A stretch of DNA of 63,838 nt, the filler included, from Intoshia linei (taxonomy: Eukaryota > Animalia > Orthonectida), in the NCBI GenBank assembly GCA_001642005.1. It is 4 parts of 4 records of this genome, joined end to end, with 100 filler letters (N's around TTAATTAATTAA, not from the genome) between each part and the next. Parts side by side here need not be neighbours in the genome. Positions count along the whole stretch, not along the records: positions 1 to 25,335 come from LWCA01000499.1; 3 more parts are not named here. One strand, given 5' to 3'. Under the pieces are notes generated by a model, which was given only the letters and a program-made list of their open reading frames with translations, ran no database searches and was not told the DNA's origin. The stretch's first letter is position 1. Every line of letters begins with the position of its first letter. Made by a program: the position numbers and the translations under genes. Below, piece after piece: positions 1 to 13,500 of this stretch.

Positions 1-1
1 A

Positions 2-589
2 GTGGTCGATTCAAATGAACCATCCTTATCTATATTATACCACAAAATGATAAAAATTAAACAAAATATTGATCAATTGGATGTTTTCTTTATTAATGAA
101 ATTAGGAATCATTATAATTATCGGTGGGATATGATTTATTCCAATTTACATTATACGGCATATATACTAGATCTCTTATTTTTCACGACAAGTGAGCACA
201 CTGATGTTAAAGCTATGGAGGGATTTTGGAATACTGTTGAAAAATTATACCCTAATGATGTGCAAGATATAATTGAAAAAATTTCTCATTATCGAGATAA
301 AAAAGGCATGTTTGGTCGGCAATTTGTAATATCATTCATAGGGACTATTCCTGCACATCAATGGTGGAAAAATTTTGGAGCTCAAGTCCCAGCTCTTCAA
401 AAAATAGCAATTCGAATATTAAGTCAGTCATCAAGTAGTGGGGCTGCAGAAAGAAATTGGAGTTTGTGTGATTTCATCAAAAATAAAAAAAGAAATCAAA
501 TGAAACCAGAAACATTAAATATCTTAGTTTTCATTCATGCAAATGGTGGACTACTTGAAAAATTGAATATAGTGGACTATGAAAATTAA
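2..589 (+). mobile_element. hAT transposase C-terminal region (dimerization domain), 5'-truncated by window edge
   Basis: WWKNFG...LQKIAIRILSQSSSSGAAERNWS...KKRNQM matches the hAT C-terminal dimerization motif. Confidence 0.88.
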
Positions 590-2699
590 TAAAAATCATG
601 TGCATAACTAATTTTATCATTAAATTACATTAAATGTACGTATGTATATGTAGTATCATAGGATACTATATTTTGATAACTAAACTTGATTGTTACATTA
701 TCTCTCCTATTTACGTTTTAATTTGTATTTATTTTGATTAAAACTTAAAACAAGTATTTATTACAGTATATATATTTGTAAAATACATTTTGATGCATTC
801 GTTACATAGAAACACGTTTTTTAAAAAAAATTTAAACGTTTTTGTCAAACAGCAACGTTATCTTACTATCGTTTTATATCGTTTTTTTCTACTATGGTTT
901 GAACACGAAACATTATAGGTGTGTGGTTAAACCAATATAACCAAATTCTGAGTCAAACCTATGTATGTCGGAGATCCTTGTATATGTAATGTAAATTATC
1001 TTGCTTCCTCTTCTAAACATAATTAACCTGACTAAAAAGAATTCAATGTTCCTTGTTATAAAACAGGATGCAACCGATTTCGTCAAAGTCTTAGATGATT
1101 TCAATGATTCAGATATCGATTATAACTTTCTTCTAGAGGCCCGCGTTGACAATTATTTATCAGCAGACTTCCAGATAAGGAGTAGGAAGCTCAACTTGAT
1201 CAGTCAGATGAGTTAACTGCTGAATTTTTACGAATATTTAAAAAATCAACAAAGACCAAAAAAATCATACTGTTGACAACATCAACATACAACAAGCTAA
1301 CCATTATTACCAAAAAAATCAATTAAACTAATAAAATGGATGATATCCAAAAACTCAGCAGCCCATTTCAATTTAAAAATCAACTGTATTCATTATAACT
1401 TGTTAAACAATAAACATTAATACTAAATTATCATTAGACAGCAAATACTGCAATGACTTCTATAAAATAATCAAGAAAAGGAGATTTAACGACTTACATC
1501 TTTGATAACTTCCCAGAATTTTATGAATATTTCATTCACCATTGATATTTAAAAAGTTTTAAATCGTTAACCAATTACATTATATTGTTAAATTTTTAAT
1601 TAAAGTTTTAAAATTTTACAAAATAAATATAATGTGGTAAAAAAAATAAATTTTACAAATAAACTCCACTGTAATTAATAGTATTTAAACTAACCTATAA
1701 TGGTAATAGATTGATTAGACGTTCCAATTGGCTTTTTATAAAAATAATATAAGCAAAATAAATCAGTTTAATAATGTAGTTTATACACCAGTCACTAAAT
1801 ATACACATAATAAATAACGCAATTTCATAGACTTATCGATATGAATTTTATTACTTTTTTGCGAAAATACAAAATTTGTATAATACATAATTATAATTAT
1901 AATAAAAATTGAACATTAAAAATATCTACTTTACTGTGTAAAAATATTAAATTGAAACCATACTTAATAATGAATAACCTTCATTTAAAAAAGCAATATC
2001 ACATAAATAATGGGATGTACTTGGAATACATTGGAACTATAGACTTTCATCATCTAGAATCTCAACATTACAAAATATCTGTAAACTCATTGGAAAAGTT
2101 ATCAATGCAATTACCTACATTGATTAATGATTCAGGTAATTTTAATATCGACCCATGTGATTAAATTAAACAATTTGATGTTAATTTACTTATCCAAGAC
2201 AAAATTGAAAAAAAATGATGCAAACTTCTTTAAGAGCATTCTCAAAATCTTGCGTAATCTAGTCATTATGTTCTATGAATGGCTCTAATAATGAAGTGTA
2301 AAATATTACTAATGTCTACCTCGAAACACAGCACGTCAGTGATAAAAATCAGTATTTAATCGAATTTTGTTGCGAAAAAAATATCGATTATAATGATAGT
2401 GATCTTAAGTCGGTATTATTGACAAAAGTTGAAATGTACATACAATGCAATGTTAGTCCAATAGTATGTGAAATAACAACGAAAGAAAGACTAAGAGAGA
2501 ATATTATAAGGAGAATAAAACAATTATTTACTGATTATGTATTGGAAAATACATCATGAATAAATACAGGAAATTTTAGTTAATTTGATTGTGTAATTAA
2601 TGTAACAAAATTAAATATTACATAATTTTATGTGTAATCAAATACACCTTGTCAACTTATTTTTTGCAAATTCGACGAAATGTGCAAATTATGAAAGTA

Positions 2700-4961
2700 T
2701 AAACGCACTTAGCGTAAATAAAATTGAAAAAAAAGTATTTAAATCTTCTAAGATGCTTCCTTTGCGGATCAATAAACCATTTAGCAAATGATGATAACTG
2801 CCCAGGAAGAACAATTAAATGTTCAAAATGTGTAATCCAAAATTTAGCCAAAGATCCGTCGGTAATTATAAATTTATTAGACTGATAAATTCAGCAAATA
2901 AGACCATTACAGTCAACATTGACAATAGAGCTATACTAACTACATATACAATAAAATAATTGTCGATACTGGTAGTGAGGTTAGTTTATTACCAACAAAA
3001 TTTGTTGGAGATCAAAAAATTTTTAAAAGTTATGCTAATTTAATATCGTTTAACAGTCATTCAATTGGGCAACGAGGATCATGGACAGGGTACTGCAGTT
3101 ATGGAGGAAGTACTGTAAAATACAGATTTGAAATTGTAGACCCATAATGGGTTTAGATTTAATAAAAAATTTAAATTTGGATTTAAATTTGATATTCAGT
3201 AAAAAAAAAAAAATCGTTAACCTCGTTTCAAAGTTCTCTCTAAATATTAAAGTTAAATAGGTCGCCATTCCTGTCATATGTAAAACAAGAATGTTCCCGT
3301 ATGGTCTCAATGATCTAGTAAAATGTAAAATAGATGAGTTATTGCATGCAGCTGCAAGAATAAAGATATGGGGTGTATTTTTACGTGAATATACATATAA
3401 ACTTGGGCACGTGAAAGGCAAACATAACGAAATCGCAGATTGTCTATCACGGCTGCCCGGAAATATGGAAACAGAAAAAATTAATATTAAGTATGTTCAC
3501 ATGATTTCTAATCCACCATATTTAAATATGAATGAAATTAATAAAGCAAGGAAAACTAATGAATTGTTAAAAAAAATTATAAAATACATTTTAACACGGT
3601 GGCCATCAAAAGAACAGTTGTCATTAAAAGAAATGAAATTCTATCATATCCGCAATCAATTATGGACAGAAAATAATAGATTGATGAGGGGTGAAAATTT
3701 AATTGTATTACCTGAAATATTATATGAGAAATGCATAAGCTTGGCTCATTCTTATCATATGGGTAAAACTAAAACTAAACGTTATTTAAGAAAATATTTC
3801 TGGTTTCTATCTATGAATAAATTAATAGATAAAAAAATTGATAAATGTTGACCATGTGCAACAAGTGATAAGATTATAAAAACTCATAAAACTCAAATTG
3901 AACCAATCAAATTCCCTGAAAGCCCTTGGAAACTATTAGGTATAGATATTGTAGGCCCAATGTCGTTTACTCACGAAGAAATAAACTTTGGTATAACTCT
4001 CATTGACCATTATTTAAAATAAACAGAATTTATGTTGGTTAAAGAAGCCACTACCAACAATATTATACAATTTTTAGAAAATATTTTCTTCCGTGAAGGT
4101 TTACCCGACAGTATTATATCGGATAACGGACCACAATTTAAATCTGAACAATAGAAATCGTTTTTAAATTACAATGGAATTAAACCTAGATACACTGCCA
4201 AATTTTTACCCCCAATAAAATAGGCTAACGGAACGTTTTAATAAAACGGTACAAGAACGACTCCGAATTAAGTACAAGCAGGGAGTAGACCCTGCTTTAG
4301 TGTTAAATCAATTTACGATGTTATATCGTTCTAATAAGCAATCAACCACAGAAATGGCACCCTCAAAGTTGTTACATGGCCGCACTATGAAAACACGTTT
4401 AAATAAAGAATTGACTGAATTACCATTTGATCAGTTAGACGTGGATATGATAGCAAAAGAAAATGTAAAAATATGGCAAAATTATACAAAAAACCGTGAT
4501 AAAACTCGTAATAAAAGTTTACGTAAAGATAATTGAGTACGAACAATGAAACCATCTATGAAAGCATATATCCTTTCTGAACCTGTTAAAATAAGCGAAA
4601 ATGTGAAACCCAGAACATACAAATTATCTGATAATTCCATATGGCAATATTCTAGATTAACCAAAATTCAAAATCTATCAAATAAAAAAATTGATGATAT
4701 ATTGATTGATGTTAATACAGAGCCATCGGCTGAAACTATAAATGATATTGGTATAACAAATATTCCATCTAAAAGGGTTTGGCGAAAACCCGCGTATTTA
4801 ATTGATTATATTCTTAATACTCCTTAAAATATACAAATTAAAGGCGCTTGCGAGGAAGGATGTAATGTCCCAGTTACATTTTTTATATAATTTAATATAG
4901 TTATTTATTAAAATAAAGTTTCATCAAAGTCTTGCATTTGATAAATTAAGTATATTTCACA
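2700..4961 (+). mobile_element. Degenerate Ty3/Gypsy LTR retrotransposon (gag knuckle, protease, RT/RNaseH remnant, integrase, PPT, 3' LTR)
   Basis: CFLCGSINHLA zinc knuckle ~2755; IVDTGSEVSLLP protease ~2960; NEIADCLSRLP RNaseH end; HSYHMG...C*PC and PWKLLGIDIVGP / IISDNGPQF integrase; purine tract GAGGAAGGA then TGTAAT...TTCACA 4861-4961 with AATAAA. Confidence 0.88.
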
Positions 4962-5268
4962 CTGCAAGCATAATTACTTTCGAGATACATTTAAACTAAC
5001 AGTAAATTAACTTACAGTCAGCGACAGCTAGTATGCTAACAAAAATAAAATATTTAATACTCAATATAAATTTCATTTAAAAAAAACTTGATATTATTAG
5101 TTATTATTTGAGTTAAAAAAGACTGCACATATATTGTTGACTCTGAAATTGTTGTCATTTAGGCTGGCAGACATTTATCTAAAAAAGTAAATTAAAGCTA
5201 AAGTTCAACTTTATTTTTACTACCATATAAGCAATTTGATAGCCTATAACAACTTGTGCTGTTAATAT

Positions 5269-7000
5269 TGTAATAGTGAATTACAATTTATTTAGTAAAC
5301 TTTACATAATTAATTAAGATTTGGGATAAGATTGAAACTAATTGATAATATAATTTAGTAGCCTTAAGGATACTACACTTTCCCCCTCAGGGTGTAGTGG
5401 TTTGTACCGATCGTGTTATAGTAAGAATATGTATTATTAATAGTAATAAAAAATATAATGTGGTATTTGATAATTCAAAAATTAAAAATCGGGAATTTCA
5501 GTCAATCGTACGCTTTTGATTTATCGATTTATCTATTAAATATTCATAGTGTGAGATTAATTGAGGTCCGTAGCCCGATTCCATCGTGGTTTTATCGTTA
5601 ACTATAAGTTTGGTATACGTCTTCATGGATTGGATATAGTTGTTCAGTGATTGCTGCATAACGTTGTATGCAGATATATGGTTAGCGGTTTTCGTGATCT
5701 GATATTTACGTATCAATTCGTTACCCTTCAGATCAAAATCGTGAAGGTGTTAAGGCATACGAGGTTGTCGTTTTTCTCTTTCCTTGTACAAATGTTGGCT
5801 TTTTGTTTTTAAAGGAACATTTGAAGCATAAACTTCGTTATGATTAGAATACGATTTCTGGACCTTTTTATAAAAATTTTTTTTTTATAGCATTGGAATA
5901 TTGTTTTATGTATTGATTAACCTTATCTCTTTTTTCTTTATTATCTTGACCAAATAACAATTATATAGGTGCAACTCCTGTTCTTAATGATGGTAATGCT
6001 TTGAACAAATAAACAATTTGATCAAGTCATCTGTCCCAGTTGTGAAACTCAGTGTTGCACAATATTCTAAATTTTTCCATAATTGTTCTGTTGGCTCATT
6101 CGACTTTATCGTTTTCATTATGTTGATATGGCTTCGACATGGTTTGTTTTATACCCAGTGTCTCACATAATTCTTTTACAAGTGAACAATCGAATTGTTT
6201 CCCCATATCCGTGTGTATTTCCACAAATGGGCCATATTTTAAAATAATTCCTTTGTATATTGCCTTTGTGACAGTTTCTGCGGTTATGTCATATGTTGCT
6301 ACACTTTCCAATAACCAAGTGTAGTTATCAACCATTTTTATCCAATATTTATTACCATTAGTGGACACAAGTAATGGTCCCATGATGTCTATCTGCCAAA
6401 GTTGATTAAATTTTAAACATAAGACTGGTTTAAATTTCTTTAAAAAATTATGATTTTGGTGTTTGGATTTGTTACATTGCATTTCGATAAAAATAAAATC
6501 AAATCACGTGTGAAATACGGCCAAGTGTAATGTTTTTTTATGATTTTATCGCATTTGGATAAGCCTGGGTGACAATATAATTGTGATTCATAATAATATT
6601 TTATAATTGAGCGTTTTAAGCAATCAGGTATTATAATTCTGTATACTTCGTTAACATATTAGTAGATAATACCATCTTTGACAATTAGATGGTTGCGTAA
6701 GTTATAAAATTTGTCTGTTTTGTTCAATTCAATATTATTTTTAAGTTTTTGTAGTGTTTGTTTTCTTACAACTAAAATAATTTAATTGTGCACGTTTTAC
6801 GTCGAATATATCCTCGCTGATTTTAATATTTTTCACAGAATTATTTATTTTTGAAGGAATTCTGGACAGTAAATCTGCGGAATAATTTAACGCACCCAGT
6901 TTATAATTTATCTCTAGATCCTACAATTGCAGTTTTTCAAGCCATCTAAACTGTTGATGAGAGAGATTATCTGAATCATTGACTGAATTATGTATATGGG
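5269..7000 (-). mobile_element. Second degenerate Ty3/Gypsy element (RNaseH end, integrase, PPT, ~109 bp 3' LTR), 5'-truncated
   Basis: RWLEKLQ...SADLLSRIP ~6860-6950; QLWQIDIMGPL...IHTDMGKQF integrase 6096-6482; minus-strand PPT GAGGGGGAAAG abutting TGTAGTA...TATTACA (5377-5269). Confidence 0.85.
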
Positions 7001-7019
7001 TTATGGTTGGTTATCACAT

Positions 7020-7190
7020 AGTACTTTTTCACTAGTTTTAAAGATAAGCATATTTCATATTTATTCATAACAAATGCGTCAATAGAACGAGGATTTAATT
7101 ATCTGAAATTGCTTTTGTCAGATAATAGGCGCAGATTAAAATCAGACAATTTATATTCGTATTTGTCACTAAAATTAAATAAAATGTAGC
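7020..7190 (+). mobile_element. DNA transposase C-terminal remnant (hAT/CGGBP-like)
   Basis: Translates TNASIERGFNYLKLLLSDNRRRLKSDNL, an ERxFS...RRxL-type motif. Confidence 0.6.
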
Positions 7191-7540
7191 TGAAAAATTT
7201 AGTAATTATGATTTATATTTTAAATACTAGAAAGGCTAACATGTTTTTCCAAACCATGTTTCTAATAAGTTGATAAAGTTTAAAATCATTTATTTTATTT
7301 TTAACTTTCTCATTTTTTTTCTCTTTTTTCAAAAAAAATTTCAAAATTTTTTTAATCCTGACCAATCAGCGCCCGAATATTATATATAACTCTAACTTTA
7401 TTATATATAGATTTATTTAAAAGTAAAATTTTAATGATTAAATAGATTCACACAATTAAATCACTAATACGTTGAATCCTAGTTATAATGTACGAAATTT
7501 CAAATTGATACAAAGACTTGGTCATCTTCATTTTTATCAT

Positions 7541-10500
7541 TCATTCATCATCAATCTTTACCATTTTGTTAGTTCTTATACTAATTACTAATATAAACAT
7601 AGTTGAACTAACTGGCATTTTAACTTATTTTATTTACGGTAATAATTCATAATTAATTATAATTACTTTTATGGTTAATTTAAAATAAATACTATAAAAA
7701 CTTTTCAAAAGTACTGTTAATTTTTTAGATATACTGTGTAAAATTTATAACACTACGTTCATTTTTTAAATATACTTTAAATTGAAGTAATGTTACTGTT
7801 AAATGAAGTTGGTTTACTGGTCATTTAAATCTGATTACTTTCTATAACCGCATTTCAATAGAAACCATGTAATTATTGCATTTATTTCAAAGAGATATTG
7901 TTGAAAAACAATAATACACTGTAGTTTGTCTCCAACAAGTGTAATGTACTACTGAGTACATAACTTTACTATTTATACTACATTCTATATTTCCAGATGA
8001 TTACCAAGGGCGATAATAAATTTTAATAAACACATGTGCAAGACTTATAAAATTCTTCATGTAATAAAATAAAATCTTATCTCAAATCTACACTTGTTAA
8101 ACATTCGAACATTACAACGAGTTTTCAATAATGTATTCATCAAATCTGTCACTTCAGCTATATATCATAAGATTTGAGTCAAAAATTTTATCTTGCATTT
8201 CTCGTAGCACTTACATAATGAAATATCGTTACAGTTTAAATAACATACTTACTGAATATAAATTTATTTATATATTTGAACATTGAACGCCATGCAAAAT
8301 ACGTATTGTAAAATTAAATATAATTATAAAATGTGTCATTTATTAGCGAATTTCTCTCATATATTACATCACCGTTTAAAACTTCAAGCCCGTGTTAGAT
8401 AGATTAAGTTATAACAAGTGGATTGACTGTCTTCAATTTCAATTATGATTATTGACATCAGTCAGGTGTATAAATTACAAACAAAAATTACAGCAGGCAA
8501 TGTTGAATAAATTCCAGTTTTCTTTCCTTTCGCAACATGTTCAATTATAATCTTCTTGTGCCCATCATTAGACAATAAATTGATAAATTGTTGAATATAT
8601 CTAAAAAAAAAATTTAAATACAATGAGATTCAAAATACAATCATTACTTGGTTACGTGAATTAAATTGCCCAAATAAAATCTATAAATAATAAAATAATA
8701 AGTAGTTTTAAAATAAAAACTACCGACTAAGTGGTGATGTATCAAAACATTTTGCATTTGTTTCATTTGTAATATCCTGCAAATTTCCAAAATATTTGGA
8801 TTCGGAAGGTTTTAGCCAAATGACCAGTCTCATAACTTTACTCATATCTGGTAGTTTGAAAGTGTACTGGTCTGATTTAATCTAAAATATAAATATATAT
8901 TAACACATCCGTGCAAATGTTTTAGGCACCTTACATAAAAGTCACAATTAAATATATAAAATGCTTATTTGACAGTAAAACCTCACTTAATGAATTAAAA
9001 AAATTAAAATACATAAAATTAAATAGAAAAATGCCCGAAAATTAATTTCATAATCAATAATTTTAGGGTGTCATAATTATGAAGCAGGAAAGTTGTTTCC
9101 GAAAGAATTAGCAGAAATAATCGAAACATCATTACAAGCTATTACAAATCTTTAATGTGGATGCAACTGGCCTATTTAAGAATTTTCGATTTCTGCCATA
9201 TTATCTCAAATCCTTCAACATTAAACCGTTTTTATTACTATTTAAAAATAAAATTAGTTACTATTGGCACTTCATTTGAATATTTTGATACTGGGGCATG
9301 ATTCAGGTAACTTGATGGCTGAATAAATATTGATCAAGTAAATTAGTAATAAATTACAGACAAAAATTTAGGTAAACTCAATTTCAACTCATTGTCGATT
9401 TCTTGCATCTAAAAAACGTTCGACTAAAATCATGAATTAAAATACAATGGGTTTTTCAACAATTGTATTAGAGGATTTCACAGCAATAGTAGAAGCGTGC
9501 TTATTAAATTTCAACTTTTGAGTCATCTTTAATATTTGATAAAAATCACTCATGTTTCTAAAATATAAAAATTAAATATGACATGAAAAGTATAATTGAA
9601 GGAATTAATATATTATGATGCGTATAATCAACTTTTTATATGCGTTTAAAGAATCTAGCAATGGAGAATTTTCGAATATTTTTGAAATTTTTTCTTTGTT
9701 ATTCGTATAACCTAAATCCATATCGTTAATGTCGGTAAATATGTCATCAGGATAATTCAATCTGCACAATTCAGCCTCAATTTTGTATGTATTTTTTGTT
9801 TCTGGGTACTTTTCAAGAAAAGTAATTAAGTCCCAATTAATATTCTAATATTATAATAAATATATACAGTATTCTCTCCACAACTAGCCAACTCTATAAC
9901 TCGGCATTAATTTAACCCTTTCACTGTCTAATACTATTTTATGATGGATCACCACACGTCTGGAATTTATGTTTGAATTTAAACTTGTATTATTTTTAAA
10001 TTACCTATGTGAAAATGTATGAAAATACAAGAATAAAGTTTTTCAAAATTATGCTGTGTATATCATACAATACACAGACATGTGAAGTGAAATTTCTGTG
10101 TATAGTATACACACTGTGTCAATTTATTAGGCAAATCTAAAAAATTAAAAAATTCGTTCCAAAGAGTGGACTAAATTCTTAAATTTTTTTTGTGGGAGGA
10201 GTGTGCACAATAGTTTATGACAATATTTAAAATGCAAACAAAAAAAATCTAATACCATTAAAAATTAAAATAATTGAATATATATAAATATTAGTCAAGT
10301 GTCAAAATATTATACAAATGTAATGAACATAGGTAAATGAAGTGGAATTTATCATTAAAAATTGAAACATGCTAAAATAATGCCGAAGATATAGATTTTA
10401 GAACTCTACATCGAGTATTTCTAGATACATTTCCTATGTTACAGGCTGAAAATGTTTGCACATTTGGAAAGTGGTGTCGATGATACTTCTTTCCTTAATA

Positions 10501-13500
10501 ATGATAATTCTTAAGGTGTTACAATTTTGCTACGTCCACGTTACGGTTATTTTGGATAGATCATTAATTCATTTCTTTATAGTGCGATGATCGCGCTTTA
10601 AACACTTGGAAATTTGAAGAGTTGTCTTCCCTCTTGCTAATAAAGCCGTTATTTGGCTTTTTTCGTCCATTTTTAAATCGTTTTTTTGTCCCATTATAAA
10701 TTTGACACTCTAAATTATGCAAGAAAACGATAATAAGTAGATAAAAAGTTTTTTTGCATATTAACTATTTATTTTTTAATCAATAATATTAGTATCTGTT
10801 ACAAATCGCCAAATTACAAAAAAAAATTTGACACAGTGTGTGAAATACACAGACAGTGAAAGGATTAAAATATATACTAAAAATTTTAAAACTATTGTTC
10901 ATAATATGTTAAGGTATTTTGTATTAAATTTTATAATTTGTATTACAAATAACATTTTATTTCAATTTAACCTTTAATTTAACGGTTTTATCTGCTGTTT
11001 TTATAGTTTTAAATTCTCTATCTCGCTAACTAAATTGTCTAAATACCAAGAATTGGGAGTTATAGAGAGAATACTGTACTATATATTATTTACCGATATG
11101 TGTGGCACAAGAACACAGATAAAATTGATTGCAGTGTTGTGATCATATATATATAGCAATATACTCCCATCATAAAAGGTATTCTAGATTAAAAATACAT
11201 GATTATTCAAGCAAATGTACAATGTCTTGACTTTCAGAAAATCGAATAAGGATATTGTTAACCTATATAATTAATTATATTGCATATAAAATAACAAGGC
11301 TAAAATATATTTTGTATTATTACGCCAACTATATAAAACGAAATGATATGCATAGTACATATGCACACGGTTGACTATTAATTATGCAAATTTCATTGAT
11401 TTATTTAGTCATAAAAATAAAATTTGATGATGAAGCAACAATAAACTAATTTATATAACTTAAACATTTGTTCATAAGACAAAGTCTTTTGCATAAAGCT
11501 CGATCTTTTATATAATTATATACTTGTATACCAAAAATATAGAAATATTTAATATTTAATTTTCTAATCTTTTCTCTGTACTTGATTTGCGTCTTCTTCC
11601 TTTTTTGCGTTACGTGGTCTTCTTTATCCATAATTTTAGCGTATAATTTTTTTTGATATTTTTGATCATCTTCGGTTAATTCAGTTTTACATATGTCATA
11701 ATGTCAAAATTTTGATGATCATATCTATAAATCCCAGAAAAAACAAAAAGAAAGTTTGCTTTAGTCTTCCGAAGAATCTTTCAACAAGTGATCTTATGGT
11801 ACATTGTTCGTCGTGTTCTTTGATTTGCAGTTGTGTTACGCATTGCGTTAGTTTTTTAACAGCAATTTTTCTAATTCCCGGTGTATCCATGTCATGTCAT
11901 GTGCGTCTCCAATATACCCTGAATCCATAAGAATAGCCCATCGATCACCATCGTCTTCCATTAATCGTTTTTTCCAACTGTTTTTTTCATATAATCAATG
12001 TAAAATTTAAAATTAAATTTAAATGCCTTGTAGTCGTGTACACTTCTCACAGTCGATGGACAAAAAAATAATGCATAATGGGACTTGCATGCCATGACTC
12101 ATACTTCTTTTTTCAAAGCATTAAACTTGTGTTTTCCATCCCACATTCTTTTTCTGTCACATTCCGTACCCTGGGGTATATATACTTGAATACTAGCATT
12201 GTCACCTATAAGTCCTATATATGTATATATTCGAGATAAAACAGTGGGTCGCCTTATTTTATCCCACCATTTTTGTTTTAACATTTTATTTATCGTCTTT
12301 CTCATTCGATCAATCGCCTTTGCCACTGTACTTAAGTTTTTCTCATTGAACATTTTAGCAATTATGTATACATTTTCACCGGTTTTGAGCCAAAATAGGT
12401 ATATAATTAAAGCTGCCATGTCACTAATTTTCAATTTAGAGCCTCTTCTTAAAAGATGCACATAACTTCTAATTTTTTCAAATATTATCGTTATTTCGAT
12501 ATTTAAAAAGTTTATACACTGATGAAACGAGGACGCATTATTTAAAAACTTAAATACCGGATCTTCAGGTTTCTCATCAGAATCTAGCAGGTGGTCAAAA
12601 TCATTAATTTTCTCTAACTTCAGTTCATTTTTTTTCAATTGATTTGTTTAAAAAATTTAAATCCAGATGTATTTGTAAATTACAGTATATTATGATAAAA
12701 GATAGAGTATTATGACATTCTAATGAATGCATTTCAAATTAGTCAAATTTATTACAACCATATCATTTTATCAAGTCTATTACATAATTTTAAGTAAGCA
12801 ATCAATTTTTTAATCAAATGAATAATTTATGAAATACTTTATGGTAATCAACAGACCGCGGTTTCACTAATGTCATCAATTAATTTTCAAAATATAATTT
12901 ATTTTAATTTTTACATAATCATCAAATTTGATGACTAATTAGTTTGAAATACAATAACATAATATGAAAATTTACTAAATAAAACAAAAAATATCAAGAA
13001 TTGTTATTTTAATAAAAATTTTGACGGTCAAAAACTAAGATTACCCTTTTTTAAAAAATGAAAACAACCGTAGAAGTGTTAAAAAATGTTATCAATTACA
13101 ATAGAAACGCGATTCGTGTAATAGTTACATTAGAGAATAAAAATCTATATAATATTAACCAATACGTAAAAATAAATAATTATATTATGATCAATCGGGT
13201 TGATTCAACCCTGTATTTGCAATAAAAAATGTTATTGGTAACCTAGGAACTTTTTCTATCATGTACTCAAAATTTAGTTTCGTTTTGACCAAATAATAAA
13301 AACTATATATTATTGTATTTCTTACTTTTCCATGTAAAGCTTCAGTTATGAGATTGCTTTCCTAAAAAATATTATTTACTTTAACTTTTTATTATTATAA
13401 CTTTTATTTACATGATAATCAAAAACGTCTACGTCAGAGGTGGCCAAATTGTGGCCGCGATATGGTTATCTAATAAAATGTAATAAACGTTTGACATTTT

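Noticed and set aside
913-2560. Short ORFs as genes or as the Gypsy 5' LTR
   Set aside because: No recognisable motifs and no match to the 4861-4961 LTR
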